A DNA stretch of 59,677 nucleotides, the filler included, from Basidioascus undulatus (lineage: Eukaryota), in NCBI GenBank assembly GCA_000826855.1. It is 6 parts of 6 records of this genome, joined end to end, with 100 filler letters (N's around TTAATTAATTAA, not from the genome) between each part and the next. Parts side by side here need not be neighbours in the genome. Positions count along the whole stretch, not along the records: positions 46,696 to 53,139 come from JTLS01001743.1; positions 53,240 to 59,677 come from JTLS01001744.1; 4 more parts are not named here. One strand, given 5' to 3'. This document shows, piece by piece, positions 47,986 to 59,677 of this stretch; positions within the stretch are counted from its first letter, which is position 1; every line of letters starts with the position of its first letter. Below the pieces are notes generated by a model that saw only the letters and a list, made by a program, of their open reading frames with translations, did not search any database and was not told the DNA's origin. Both the position numbers and the translations under genes were made by a program.

Positions 47986-50435
47986 CTAATCAAGTCCTTC
48001 ACCACCCTCTTGACGACGGGCGCCGCAGCCCTCCTCGCCGCTGTCACCCCAATCCCACACCCCCACACGCATCAGCAACCTCCTCTCTCTCCCTCCTCTC
48101 CCTTTCCCCCTCTTCTTCGACTCACCGTCCCCCACCCTCCCCACGCCCTCCTCCATGCGATTCTCCTCGCTCCCCAAGCCGCTCAGCACGTCCTCCACCC
48201 TGCGCCGCTGCTCCTCCAGGTACTCCCTCCCCGGCGGCCCCGGCTGGCTTTCCTGTGCAGGAGCAGGGGCAGCGGCGACCCACCCCGCCCGCGAGTGGTG
48301 CACCGGAGGCGGGCGCGTGAGGTCCGGCGGGCGCCACGCGGCGCGCTGGGGGGCGACGAAGTGCTTCCCTGGCGCGGCACGGGAGTAGAGCGGGAGAGGT
48401 TCGGGGCGCGGAGGAAGTGGTGGGGTCTGGGCTGGGCGCGAGGGAAGGGGAGGAGCGGCGCAGGGGGGCCCTCCGGCGGGAGGTGCACCACCCCCGCCCC
48501 AAACCTCCCACCATCCCTGGACCTCCTTACGCGCCTCCTCGAAGTCGCGCTCGAGCGCCCAGCGCTCTCCGCGGAGGGCGAGCGCGCCGAGAGAGCAGAT
48601 GCGGAGGTACCAGTCTGAGGGAAGGACTTCTGCGCCATTTGCGTCGAGGGCGAGGAAGGGGCTGGAGGGGGGGAGGAGGGCGGTGCGCGTAATTGCCGGT
48701 GCAAGGGCAGCTGAGGGTGGAGGGAGCGAGATCAGGTCTGGAGTCGTGCATGGGAGAAGGAAGGGGGGCGAGCGCACTGGCTTCGTCGTACTCGTCGACT
48801 GCGGATTGGGGGGTGAGGGGCACGGGGCGTTAGAGGGAGGGAGAGGGGAAAGAAAGAAGACAATGTACGCACACATCGCCCCGTAGAGAGCTGTAGGGCT
48901 GTACGCGAGCGCGTTGGACAGTTGACGCCAGAGGAACGCCCCTCCCTGGCGGGGGATCTCGTTCAGCGGGCCGCCATGCAAGTTCCTCCACTGTCATCCA
49001 ACCCATCTCCCCGTATCAGCGCCCCTCCTCCTGCTCTTCCTCCCTTCCAAAAGCGAACGCACCGAGAACCCTGGAAAAACAACAGGCACATAATCGATCC
49101 CCCTCTCCTCGCACCACTTCCTATCCTTCCCACTAAGCTCCGCGACCTCGTCCGCGCTCTCCAAATCCGAGAACCTGCCAACCATCCACGGGCTAACCGC
49201 ATCGAGCTTCTCCCACACCTCTGCCCACCCGACATCGTCCTCGGCGTCGAACTCGCCCGCGCGCCAGTGCAGCGGCACGCCGCCGAGGAGGTAGAAGCCT
49301 GCCTCGCGCAGGTGCGAGAGGAGCGGGAGGAAGTGCGCGGGCGTTAGGGACCGGTCGCGGAAGCCGATGCCCCAGATGCCTAGGCATGGGCGGCCGTTGT
49401 GGGAAAGGTAGGAGTGGGAGCTGAGGATGTCGCGGTGGTGGAGGAGGTGCTCGACGTCGGTGGCGACGACGTCGAAGATCCGCTCGGCGGGGACTCCGGA
49501 GAGGTCGTACCTGACTCCGCCGACGCCTTCAAGTCAGCTATGGCCCGTAACGAGCGTCTTCGCAGCTGCGCCTGCACACTCACATAATCGCCCACACCCT
49601 CCCTTCCTCCTCCGCGGCCTCCCGAACGCGCTCCCCCACCTCGTCCCTCCACGCCCTAAGCTCCGCCCTCGCGCCACCCTCCGAAGCGTCCATGACCTGC
49701 TCCCCAAAGCGCTGGAGCCACGCGCCGTCGATGCCGAACTCGCGCATCCAGCGGAAGTGCTGGCGGACGACCGCCGCGTCGCGCGAGGAGAAGAGCGGCG
49801 GGTGGTCGGCGTATGGTTCTGGGGGAGTGCGGTGCGAGGTAGACGGGTAGGAGGACACGTCAGGGTAGAGGTCGAACGTCGGTCGGCCCCCGGAGGTGGG
49901 GGGCTCGTCGAACCTGCGTCATTGGGGGGATTGAGTGCGTAGAGGAGGAGGGAGTGGGGGAAGTACATACCAGTGCACCCAGCCGTGATGTCCCGGGTGG
50001 AGAGGAGGTCCGTCGTTGGGCGCCATGAACCAGCCTGCGAAGACGCGCTCAGCACGCCCACTACATACACCTCAGGACTGGCTGAGACGCACCTTGATAT
50101 CCGACCATAAACTTCCCATCCATCTACTCACCCAAGCCATCCTGGTCTCAGCTTCTTCCCAACCGCCCAAACCTCCTCGCAGGAGCTCGAGCTCACCGTC
50201 CCAGGATCCGTCCTGCTCCTCCCTCGCTATCAGCGTCCCTCCCTGTCAAGGCAGCGTAAAAGCAAGCGCACCTCCTAAACGCACTCCCAACCTCTGAATC
50301 TCCCTCACTGCACGCTGAAGGGCCTGGCTCATTCGCTGGCGGGGGCAGGGGCATGACGATAAAGGACGACCAGAGCCAGTGGAGGATGAGGACAAGGAGC
50401 GCGTCGCGGGCGAGCGTCCGCGCAGTGATGGGCAT
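47986..50435 (-). CDS. GH99/GH71-like glycoside hydrolase with N-terminal signal anchor
   Basis: Hydrophobic LLVLILHWLWSSFIVM; GWF, HGWVHW, DLYPDVSSY, LFSS..AVVRQHFRWMREFGIDGAWLQRF, IM|YDLSG, SPWMVGRF, YVPVVFPGFS, IPRQGGAFLWRQ, AM|.DEYDE, SDWYL; Pro-rich tail. Confidence 0.8.
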
Positions 50436-50725
50436 CGCCTTCTGCAGCCACAGCCTCCTGCTCTGCTAGTCGACGACGCCGGTGATTAGATCGTCGTGGT
50501 CGTGGTTGGTGGTCAAGATGTCATTGTGGATGATGGGGCCCTGCGGTGTCCATTGCGATTGGCAAATGGCAGACGCGAAGACGCGCGTTGCGGCAAGCCC
50601 GACAGGGCGGGGAGTCTCAGTCGTTGCAAGTGGGCGTGTGCAGCTGTTGACAGCGGGTTGATTTCTGATGCAGAGCCTGCTGGAGGAGTAAGGGAAAAAT
50701 GTAGAAAGCTACACAGAAAGACAGT

Positions 50726-51330
50726 TCATATGCGACAGTTGTTGAAGGAAGGAATATCGCTCGGCGTCGCTCTGTGCTGCGCCAGCTTGCGTTCTTGAAA
50801 GCTTCGACTGCATACGGGCCACCCACAACGTGCCTCTCGCTTAAAAGCTTTAGGTTCAAATGGTGCGCATGCAGGAGCTCGTCCTACGACATCCCTTCCC
50901 ACCTTACCCCTGCCGCTCCCCCATCCACGCCTATGTCTTCTCCCCTCGCGCACCTCGAGCTCCCCCTTCTTCCCCTGCCCCTCCCACGTAGCAACGACCT
51001 GGGCGAGGTCTCGGCGTAGCTTCGTCCTCATGCGCTCGTGGATCCCGCGACTCACGTTCAACACAGGCCTGAGCTCCGGATCCACACGCCTTCCAATCCT
51101 CTGCACAAGGAAGTTGGTCATGGTTGTTGAGAGGCTTGTTCTTCTCGGCGGGTACTCGAAGGCATGGAGAAGCTCGGTGGAGATGTCCTTGGCTGACTAG
51201 GGGAAGGAATGAATAGTGAGTGAGCGGAGGGCTCGTGGATGATTGTGGTGAAGACGCGACGACGTGCCTGGGGTTTCGAGGTTTGGGAGGATATGGCGGG
51301 GATGCTTGGGTTCCAAGGGCGGGCGCAGAC
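50726..51330 (-). CDS. Hypothetical small protein or relic
   Basis: After a TAG acceptor near 51198 the frame SAKDISTELLHAFEYP...MTNFLVQRIGRRVDPELR...DLAQVVATWE stays open to 50726; upstream exon uncertain. Confidence 0.3.
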
Positions 51331-52239
51331 CTGCACCGTTATGAAAACAAGCAGTTATGCGGAAAAAATTAAACATGCCAATTTGCAAGAACACTCACGT
51401 TTAGCAACGGTGAGGCTGAGAAGGAATGCACTGAGTGACATATGACAGGGTGAGGTACTCGTCTATGTGCCGGCTATTCTTGGGGGAATGTGTATCAGCT
51501 TAGGAGCTTGAAAGGCTGACAAGGGATCATTGGGAAGATGGTGTGGGTAGGAGGGATGGGACAAGCAGCCGTACAGCGCACGTACAGGGGAGTAATAGCG
51601 ACCTGCAGGACGGCGGCCCGCACGGGGGTTACGGCATGTATCTGTCCATATGCACCAAAGAGGGAGCTGATCGGGTTTTAGCCGTACAGGTTCACAGGAT
51701 TAATTTTAGGAAGGGCGCTCGATGCCACATGTAGCCCAGTGAACTGTAGATATATTCGGAGAGATGCTGGGCATGACCTCTCTATCTCTGGATATATGTG
51801 CGCGGACTACAATTGGCTTTGGTTTGTACAAGTAAATCATATGGTTTTTGCCCTATGACCTCAAGGGAAGTGTCACTACAGAACAAGCCATAGAGGCATC
51901 AGCTACCATTAAACGGATGCACTGCTGCAGCCTTTGGGGACGTGCCTGAAAGCAGCGAGCGCGAACAACTAGTAGGACAACCTCTATTGGCATTGATTAT
52001 CCCATCCACATGGAGGTGAAAAGACACTGCATCAGTTCAAGGCAACTTCAGCAAACATTCCTCCGTCTGGCCCTTCGTGCCCTTCCCTGCGAACAGCCCG
52101 CCTCCGCGCCCCTTCAGTCCGCGACACTCCATTCCTCCTTCCTTGGAGTTCCTATTCCCTGCTACATATATAACAGCTCGGATTTTCTCGTCCCCTCTCT
52201 CCACCCCACCACTCACTCATGCACCCGACTCGCGCAACG

Positions 52240-53139
52240 ATGGCGTTCACCACTACTACCACCGCCCTCCTTCTCCTCCTCGCCACCTCCACCGTCGCCT
52301 CTCCCCCTGTTCGCCCCCTCCACCCCCGCCAAGCAACTGCCTACAACGTCATCTCTAACGTCAGCGGGCACTGGCGCGCCCGGCAGTGTGCGTGCGTGGG
52401 GGTCTGCCCCACGGTGTGGGACTACTACACCTATGTGCGTCACGCCCGGTCTTCGTTTCCGATCCTACAAAGATGGAGGGGCTGATAGAATTTGGGACGG
52501 GATGAAGATCTGCGGGTATGAGAACACCCAGGATCGCGACGCGTGCATCTGTGCGAAGGCAGACGATATCACGAAGTGCCTTACTTGCGTACGTTCCTCC
52601 TTCTCCTCTCTACTCATAAATTACTACGGCGAGTACTAAGACCTTGGAACGCAATTCCCAAACACAGACGCTCCCCCACCTCGACCCCCAGCCGCTCGAC
52701 CAACAGGCTTTCTCGACGTCTGCGCCCAAGCAGACCACATCCCTTCCCCGCCCACCTACCTCTCCGAGCAAGCCGCCTACGCCTCTCTCACCGAGGCCAG
52801 CGCATCTTCTTCTTCCTCTACCACTACCACTTCCTTCCCATACTCATCTTCATCCCATTCTCCCTACTCGTCCACCTCCCAATCCCAACCCGCCTGTCTC
52901 ACCCGCTCACGCCAGCTTTCCCGCAGTCTCCTCCTCCCCCTCCAACCCAGCTGCAACCCCCAGCACCAGCAGCGGCACCGGCGCGGGCACCTCAAGTAAT
53001 ACCGGCTCGGTCGGGGGTTTCCGAGGGTCGCAGACTAGCTCTGCGACTCCGGCGCTTGGGGATAAGGGCAAGGACGACGCGTGGTGGAAGACTTTGGCGG
53101 CACTCGCGATGGCTGTGGGTGTTGGGGCGGGGCTTGATA
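52240..53139 (+). CDS. Secreted 8-Cys protein with Ser/Thr/Pro stalk and GPI-like tail
   Basis: TATATAA at ~52167; signal peptide MAFTTTTTALLLLLATSTVA; CACVGVC...C...CIC...CLTC; S/T/P-rich region; hydrophobic end WWKTLAALAMAVGVGAGL at the gap. Confidence 0.75.
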
Positions 53140-53239
53140 NNNNNNNNNNNNNNNNNNNNNNNNNNNNNNNNNNNNNNNNNNNNTTAATTAATTAANNNNN
53201 NNNNNNNNNNNNNNNNNNNNNNNNNNNNNNNNNNNNNNN
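53140..53239. other. Artificial contig spacer
   Basis: Same linker. Confidence 0.97.
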
Positions 53240-54084
53240 GGCGAGCGGACAAGGTACTCATCGCGCGGGTTGTACTCTCCGGAGTTGGACTCGACGTCCG
53301 CGTCGTCAGCGGCGGCGAGCGTCGCGGGCGAGGTGAGCAGGGACGGGTTGACGTTGCAGAAGTCCGGGTCGGGCGTGCCGCGCGCCGGCGTGCTCATGCC
53401 GCTCGAGGAGCTGTACGCGACGCTGTGGGTGCTCGAGGCCGAGTCAAAGCGGTAGATCGGCGGCGCAGAGTAGCGCGGCTGGCCGCCGATATAGACCGGG
53501 GTCGGAGACATGTGGTGCGCCTGGACGTGGTGCGCGAGATGCGGGTGGGCGTGGGCGTGGTGGTGGAACGTCGCATGGTGGGCCGGAGGCGGCGTCGCGT
53601 ACGGGGACGAGTGCTCGCTCGTGCCGGCGGACGAAGTGGGGCGCGAAGCGTGCTCGACAGCATACGAGTCGTGATGCGCGGGCGGCGGAGAAGCGTAGTA
53701 GTGCACGGGCCGGCCGGTACTGTAGACGAGGTCGGGGACGTCCATCGACCCGCGCGAGTCCTGGTGTTCCATCATGGGCGCGCCGAGAGACATGCGGTCG
53801 CTCTCGTGGATGCTGCCTGCCGAGTCGCGGCGGCTGTCGGTCTCGTCATCCGAGGAGGAAGACCACTGCTCGACGTCGGACGCTCGGCGCTCGAGGGGCG
53901 CGGACGCGTAGGCGTAGTGGAAGGGCGTCGCGAGGAGGTGAGGAGGATACGGTTGCTGGGGTGCGCAGCCGCCGACGATGGGGACAGAGGGAAGCGGGAG
54001 GGGGGCCATGGTGGGCGGAGAGTCGTACATGGTGTACGGCGAGTCCAAGTCGGTCGAGTCGAGGGAAGTGAGGAAGGCGTCCAT
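53240..54084 (-). CDS. N-terminal part of a low-complexity protein, probably a transcription factor (3' in gap)
   Basis: MDAFLTSLDSTDLDSPYTMY... acidic, Ser/Pro/His-rich uninterrupted frame with RRxS sites; long upstream non-coding region; no DNA-binding domain visible. Confidence 0.6.
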
Positions 54085-57000
54085 GTCGATGGAGAATATG
54101 AGAAGGTCAAGTATGCCGATGAAATTGTTCTGAAAAGGGGCACATCGGGGGAAGTGTTCGAGAATCAGCGACGAGTTAGGGGGGTTGGGAGGAGAAGACA
54201 AGAAGATGAGCAACGGAGCTCGGGGCAGTACAGTCGGTACCGCGCGGAGACGAAGCGGACCACGAACCAAGAACCGCAGCCACGTCGACCGTCGGTGCTT
54301 TCGACGGCTGATGGGGCCACATGGCGCAATGCCCGCCCATCCGCTCACCGCTCACTCATGCCGCAGCATCGCCATCCCCGACGGCCGCAGAATGGTCGAT
54401 CACCGCTCAGGCTCAACTCAGCACCTCCGCCGCCCCAAAAGCACCTCCAGAACGAACAAGCAGAGAAGGACGGCTGGCTCACCTATTAAAAGTAATTCGG
54501 AGTAGCTGTGTAGATATCGTGAGGCGAGGATCGGCGTCAAGCAGGTCCAGGCGTGGTGGTGTAAGCGAGGGTGGTGCCGGAGACGGTAGGATGTGGATGG
54601 TATTAGTTGCGAGGGTATGCGGCGATGGATAGGATGAGGGCAGCGAGCAAGATGGGGATGCTGGTTGTGTGCCGGGGGGTTCGTGGAGTCGTAAAGAGGT
54701 CGTGACGGGGGCGTGAGCGAACGCCGGAGGCGGAGCGGTGCCTGCGAGGTACGGATGCTGGCTGGCTGTGGAGGGGGAACGCGGTCGTGGTCGGCGGCTG
54801 TTACACTCGCGGGCGTGTCGGATTGATGGGCAGTCAAAGAGGTGTGTGGACCTGTATATTCGCCAAGGAGGGGCTCGTGTGTGCGTCGGGTGCGCGCTAG
54901 GCGTTTATGCGTGTCGCAGGTGGGCAGCTAGCAGGCCTAGATGTCGTCAAGTTTGCTAGCAGTAGTCGCGGCTATGGACTTGAGACAAAAATTAGTCCCC
55001 ATGGCTCGAAGACACCCGAAACATGCGTCCCTGGGCAGGATGGCGACCGAGGTGCTGAAGGCAGGAAGGGGGAGGCAAGGATACGCACGTCTGGCCTCGA
55101 CAGCTGTCTTTGCAGGTGTAGATGGCTGTGCTGGGTTGGTGAGGGGTGTACGCGCGGTATATGCTGGCGATCGAGAGGAATATTGTATCGCAAAATGGTG
55201 TCGGGCGAGGGTCGTAGCCGGGGTCGTAAAAGAATCGTAGTATAAGGTGAGCGTGGGCTGAAGGGAAGATGCGGGAACGGGCCTCCCAGATGATTGGGCC
55301 TTGGACGCGCCCAACGCCCACCGCCTCCGCTTCGCTCCAGGATGTCGATCGCACAAACTTTGCAAGCGTTTCAACCCGCCCCGCCTCACTTTTTACTTGT
55401 CACGTTCACGCCCGATCGGTGCCTCTTGTCCCACCCGCCAAAAGTGGGGCTTGCTGTCAAGCCGCTGGAAAGGAAGATAGGGGCTTGTTGGGCTCAAACC
55501 TCAATCGCGCTTGCCTTACGCGTCGCCGTGTGCGCAGAACCGTTTCATCCAAGTGCTCCCGCCGGACTGAACGACCGACTGAACGACACACTAACCCTTA
55601 ACTACACATCGACGCAGCAGACTTTCAATCGCAATGAGCAGCCCTGAGGTCCCAGCTGTAGGTCATGTCTCGCCCAAGACTCTTGAAATGAAGGAAGGCA
55701 GTGCCTTTCCAAGCCGAGCTCAACACCGGGACACCGGACCTTGCCGGACCTGAACATGCTGAACGTGTATGCCGCCAAATTGCCACTAACTTACCCAGAC
55801 TAAAAGTAAGACACGATTCGGCCCTTATTTTGTTTGCGGTTCTCAGGGTGCACGGGCCCACCGCGCACGCGGACGCGGCGCGTCGACCAACATGGAAGCA
55901 TCAAGTGACAAGTTCGGACAGCAGCTCACAGCACCACCTCCTACCAGTACCCGGAGCTTTGAGTAGCGGCAGACCATCCGTCATGACTTGCAACCTTGCG
56001 GAAGCTATCTGGCACCAGAGTGGGGAGGCAAACCCGGAAGAGTGGGCTCGTGAGTGATGAGGGATGCTTGGATGTGAGCTTGGCTGGAAGTATGGTGAAT
56101 TTGGTTGAAGTGTATTGTAGGTAATAATATTGAGGGATCGACATTCGGGACCGCACGGTGACGGAGGTCTGCATGAGACAACCTGTTCAGCCGTCGCTTA
56201 GAAGTCCGTGGGGAGTTGTTTGTCTGACCAAGACGTACATATGGTCAGGGTATACGAAATACACACGAGGAAGCAGTTCGATGCTTCTACTGAGCCAGGA
56301 TGGACTGCAGAGCGGCGCAGCTTTCTTTCAGGCGGCTGCAAGCAGCATGCTCTTCAGCCCGCCAGTACTGACCTGCCACATACGGGAATACGAGAGCTCA
56401 GGTGCTATAATCTCAAGGGACCGTTGGGACGTCAACCGCCCGCAGCGTGCGGTTCAAAGCCGTTCGGTTGTTCAACAAAAGCCGAGCGGCGGGACGAGCG
56501 GACAGGTACAATGCGGCTGACTGGCTGCAACGTTGCGACGATCCTCGAGCAGCAACTCTAGCATTCGCTCGGTTTGACTGTGCTGGCCAACGACGTCACT
56601 TTCTATACGACTCATCAAAGCTTCCGAAGAGGACAACGTTCGGAATTTATGTATGGAAGAGAAATTAGGGTATACAGACTGCAGCCTCGTACCGGACTGT
56701 CGCTTTCTCTTGGGCGTTTGGAGTGTAACGAAACGTTACTGCTTATTTGACAACACAGAGCCCGGTACATACACTGGCTAAAAATTTGAAGCGAGCTCTA
56801 TTTCAGATGTTACCAGCTGCCAATCTGCAACGCGTAGCAAGCAAGCATCTCAAGCCATCCACGCTTCAGCAACATATCTCTCGTGCAGGCGCGTTTGATC
56901 GCCACAACTTGTCCTCAACCCCCAAAATTTCTCAATCGTACAAAGTCCTTGTGGCGACAAAAGAAGACAGCGCCTCTTCATTTTCGGCAGCTCCTGTTTG

Positions 57001-57747
57001 GGCTCGAGGAACTACTCCACGTGTCGACGGCGCAGCCATAGGGGCTGTTCACCCTGCCCTGCCAGGGCTCGACTGTCGGGGTGTCGATGCGGATCAACAT
57101 CCCGCCCAGGGTGTACTTACAAACCCACGAGCAAAGTATCGAAAGGATCAAAAAGAATCATCAGTTTTTTTGTGCGACGGCGACCTTGTGCGACTGTTTG
57201 GTGGATTTTCCTTTCTTCAGTGCTGGTTTGTTAACCGCATTTCCACTGTTGCCTTCGATCTCAGATGTTTGGCTTAAGCAGACCAGATCCGTTCTGGTGA
57301 AGCTGAAAGTATTCATGTGGCGGCAACTATCCTATTTACCAAAGTGCGAGGCACCTCGAGTCGAGGACAGGGTGCAGCGATATGGACGGGTTCTCTGCAT
57401 CCCATTTCTCGCTGTCCCTTACAACATCTGACCGGTCGAAGCATCCACATTTAGTGAACTTTTGTTCCCCGTCAGGTCCTGGTTGAGCAATGATACGATC
57501 TTCAAAGTCGCCTACATATCAGCAGTTGCTACGCTACCGTGAGCACCCATAAGCGCCATATTTCCATGTACACACGCGCAACAGCATCCACGTAAAGATA
57601 GTCTGGTAACATCAATATGCATCATGCGAACTCCCCGCCCACCTCAACACAAGTGCAAGCGACAGTTATAAAACAGAGCACAACCGCCTCCCATCTGCAC
57701 CCCATCACCGACCGTAGCACCTCCTTCAGCCGCCGCCCCCTCAACGC

Positions 57748-59677
57748 TCAGCCCTCCACAGCCACCGCCGGGCTCCCCACCAAATACCTCCCCGCGTCCT
57801 CCTGCGCATTCGCCTGTCCCGCGGCGCCCTCAAGCGTCTTCCTCTCCACCCCAAGCATCTCCGCGAGCTGATCCAAGCTCATCTCCTTGGGCGTGGGCGC
57901 ACCGCTCTTCGGCGGGCTGCTAGCCAGCTCGTCCTCCTCGTCGTCGTCGTCGTCGTCGTCCGCGTCGGCACGCGCCCCGAGCGGCGTGAGCGTCGTGAAC
58001 CCTGGGGACTCGACGTCCGTGTCTGGGAGGGGGGACGCGAGGAAGTGGTGGGTGTGTGGGATGACGGGCGGGGAGGAGGGCGGGAGCTGGGAGAAGTCGA
58101 ATGGCGTTAGCGGGGCCGCGTCCGAGTCGTACTCTTCGTCCCGTTCGCCGTCCTGCGGGGGTGTGGGGGCGGGCGAGGAAGAGCCCTGTGAAGGAAGGGA
58201 CGTGACGTCGAGCTTGATTGGGATGGGCGGGGCGGGTCCCTCGAGGTCAAAGTCCATCCCGAAGGGCGTGAACTTTACGCCGGCCGTCGAGCTTGCGATG
58301 GGGGGCGCCCACGGGCGGACGCGCGCGGGGCTGGAAGGCCCCACGCTGCCCGTCCTGCTCGTTCCGGACGTGGGCGGCGGCGGGCCGTAGTCGCTAAAGT
58401 TGAAGGGCGCGCCGAACGTTGAGCTCGGCCCGCCTGCCGACGAGGACGACACGCCCCCGCCGCTCAGCGGCGGGGCAGGCCCGTCGGAGAAAAAGTCGAG
58501 TGCGTCTGGCGCGTCGGAGAAGATGCGCTTGAGCACCGTGCCGGGGCTCGAGTCGAGGAACGCCCGGAAGTCCGAGTCGAGCTGCTTGCGCGGCGGGCTC
58601 ACGGGCGGCGCAGCGGCAGGGGCGGGGGTGGAAGCGGAGGCGGGGTTAGGCCAGACGGGCTCGGACGCCTTGCGCTTGCGCGAGGGCGGCTTTGGCGCAG
58701 GCTTGGAGGGGACCTTGAACTGCCGTTTCTCGTGCTCGGCGTTGCACACCGCGCTGAGCGTGCGCTTCACCCCGCCGCCGCCGCCGTCGGACATGGCTGG
58801 GGGGGACGCGGCGGGCGAGGGCGCAGCGCCCTCGCTCGCGCTCGCCAGCGTTTGCGCTGAAGCCGTCGCGGAGGGGCGCAGACCGCCTTCGGCGGGGGAG
58901 GACGCGCTCGCGGGCTTGCGGTGCCGCAGCGCGGGGAGCTCCGAGATGTTGCCCCACATCGACTCGGGCCGGTGCGCCTTGTGCTTTTGGTAGTAGAGGC
59001 CGCAGGCTGTTGGTTTGGGGGGAGGTAGGTGCGATGAGAACGATGAAGGGATGGGAAGACGGATAGAAGAAGGGGCGCACGATTGCAGAGCCTGTATTGT
59101 TTGTCCACGTCCGGGTCGACGTCCCACATGTGGCGCCACGCGCTCGTGTTGGTCCGTCCGCAGTTGAAGCATCCGCCGTTGCCTGAACACAGCAAGAAGA
59201 GTCAGCGAGCCATCGAATCAAAGCTTCAGGGAGAAACGCACCCTCCCCGCCAGCCGAGTACATCCTGCGCTTCTTCGTCGGCGGCTCGTCCTTCCCCTCC
59301 TTCTTCGGCTTCTTCGTCTTCTTCTCCTTCTTGACCTCAACCTTCGCCGCTCCGTCTGCGGGAGCCACCGCAGACGCCGCCGCCAGAGGCTTGTTCTCCT
59401 TGTTCTTGCCGCCCTTCTTCTTCTCCGGGCCTGCGGCTGCGGCCATGTCGACGCCGAAGAGCCCCGCGACAGCCTCGACGACCTTGGGGTCCGTCGGCGC
59501 GTCGCCCGCAGCGGGCATGGCGGAGGGAAGGAGCTGCATGAGCTGCGTCAAGTCGGCCTCGCTCCGCGGCGCGCCCGCGCCCGCGTGCGCGGACTGCATC
59601 GACTGGAGGAGGTCCATGAGCGAAGGGAGGAGGTGCGCGGGGAGCTTCGGAGCGGAAGAAGAGATCGGAAGAGCGTC
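57748..59677 (-). CDS. GATA-type zinc-finger protein, Ams2-like (5' outside window)
   Basis: CFNCGRTNTSAWR...YRLCN|PCGLYYQKHKAHRPESMW; downstream SSP repeats and FDFSQLPPSSPP; Lys-rich NLS-like segment upstream. Confidence 0.78.

Noticed and set aside
1..59677. Functional gene cluster or defence island spanning the window
   Set aside because: The genes have unrelated housekeeping functions; no biosynthetic backbone, transposase, viral or prokaryotic system genes were seen.

Overview
GC-rich, intron-dense eukaryotic DNA from a basidiomycete fungus (short introns with GTGAGT/GTGCGT/GTACGT donors and CTGAC-type branch points; lineage not resolvable by eye). The window is six contigs joined by five identical artificial 100-nt spacers (N44-TTAATTAATTAA-N44), so genes at those breaks are truncated. 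Recognisable genes: DAD2, SCP160/vigilin, ATG6/beclin, intron-containing tRNA-Ser(CGA), a class-3 lipase, a GNAT acetyltransferase, PCK1, ADA2, CWC24, an SMG6/EST1-like PIN protein, the 3' half of ATM1, POL12, endosulfine, SDH3, a GH99/GH71-like hydrolase, a Cys-rich GPI-type protein, a probable transcription factor and an Ams2-like GATA factor. Lower-GC tracts between them hold decayed genes (two BTB genes, a GSK3-like kinase, unidentified relics). I cannot demonstrate a new multi-gene system. The strongest oddities are an intact-looking ATM1 3' half with no 5' half inside its contig, a CWC24 RING that has lost three ligands of one zinc site and looks U-box-like, several GC-AG introns (two consecutive in SDH3), and a lipase with a transmembrane-like insert. 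Exon structures were derived by hand, and product calls come from remembered family motifs, not database searches.
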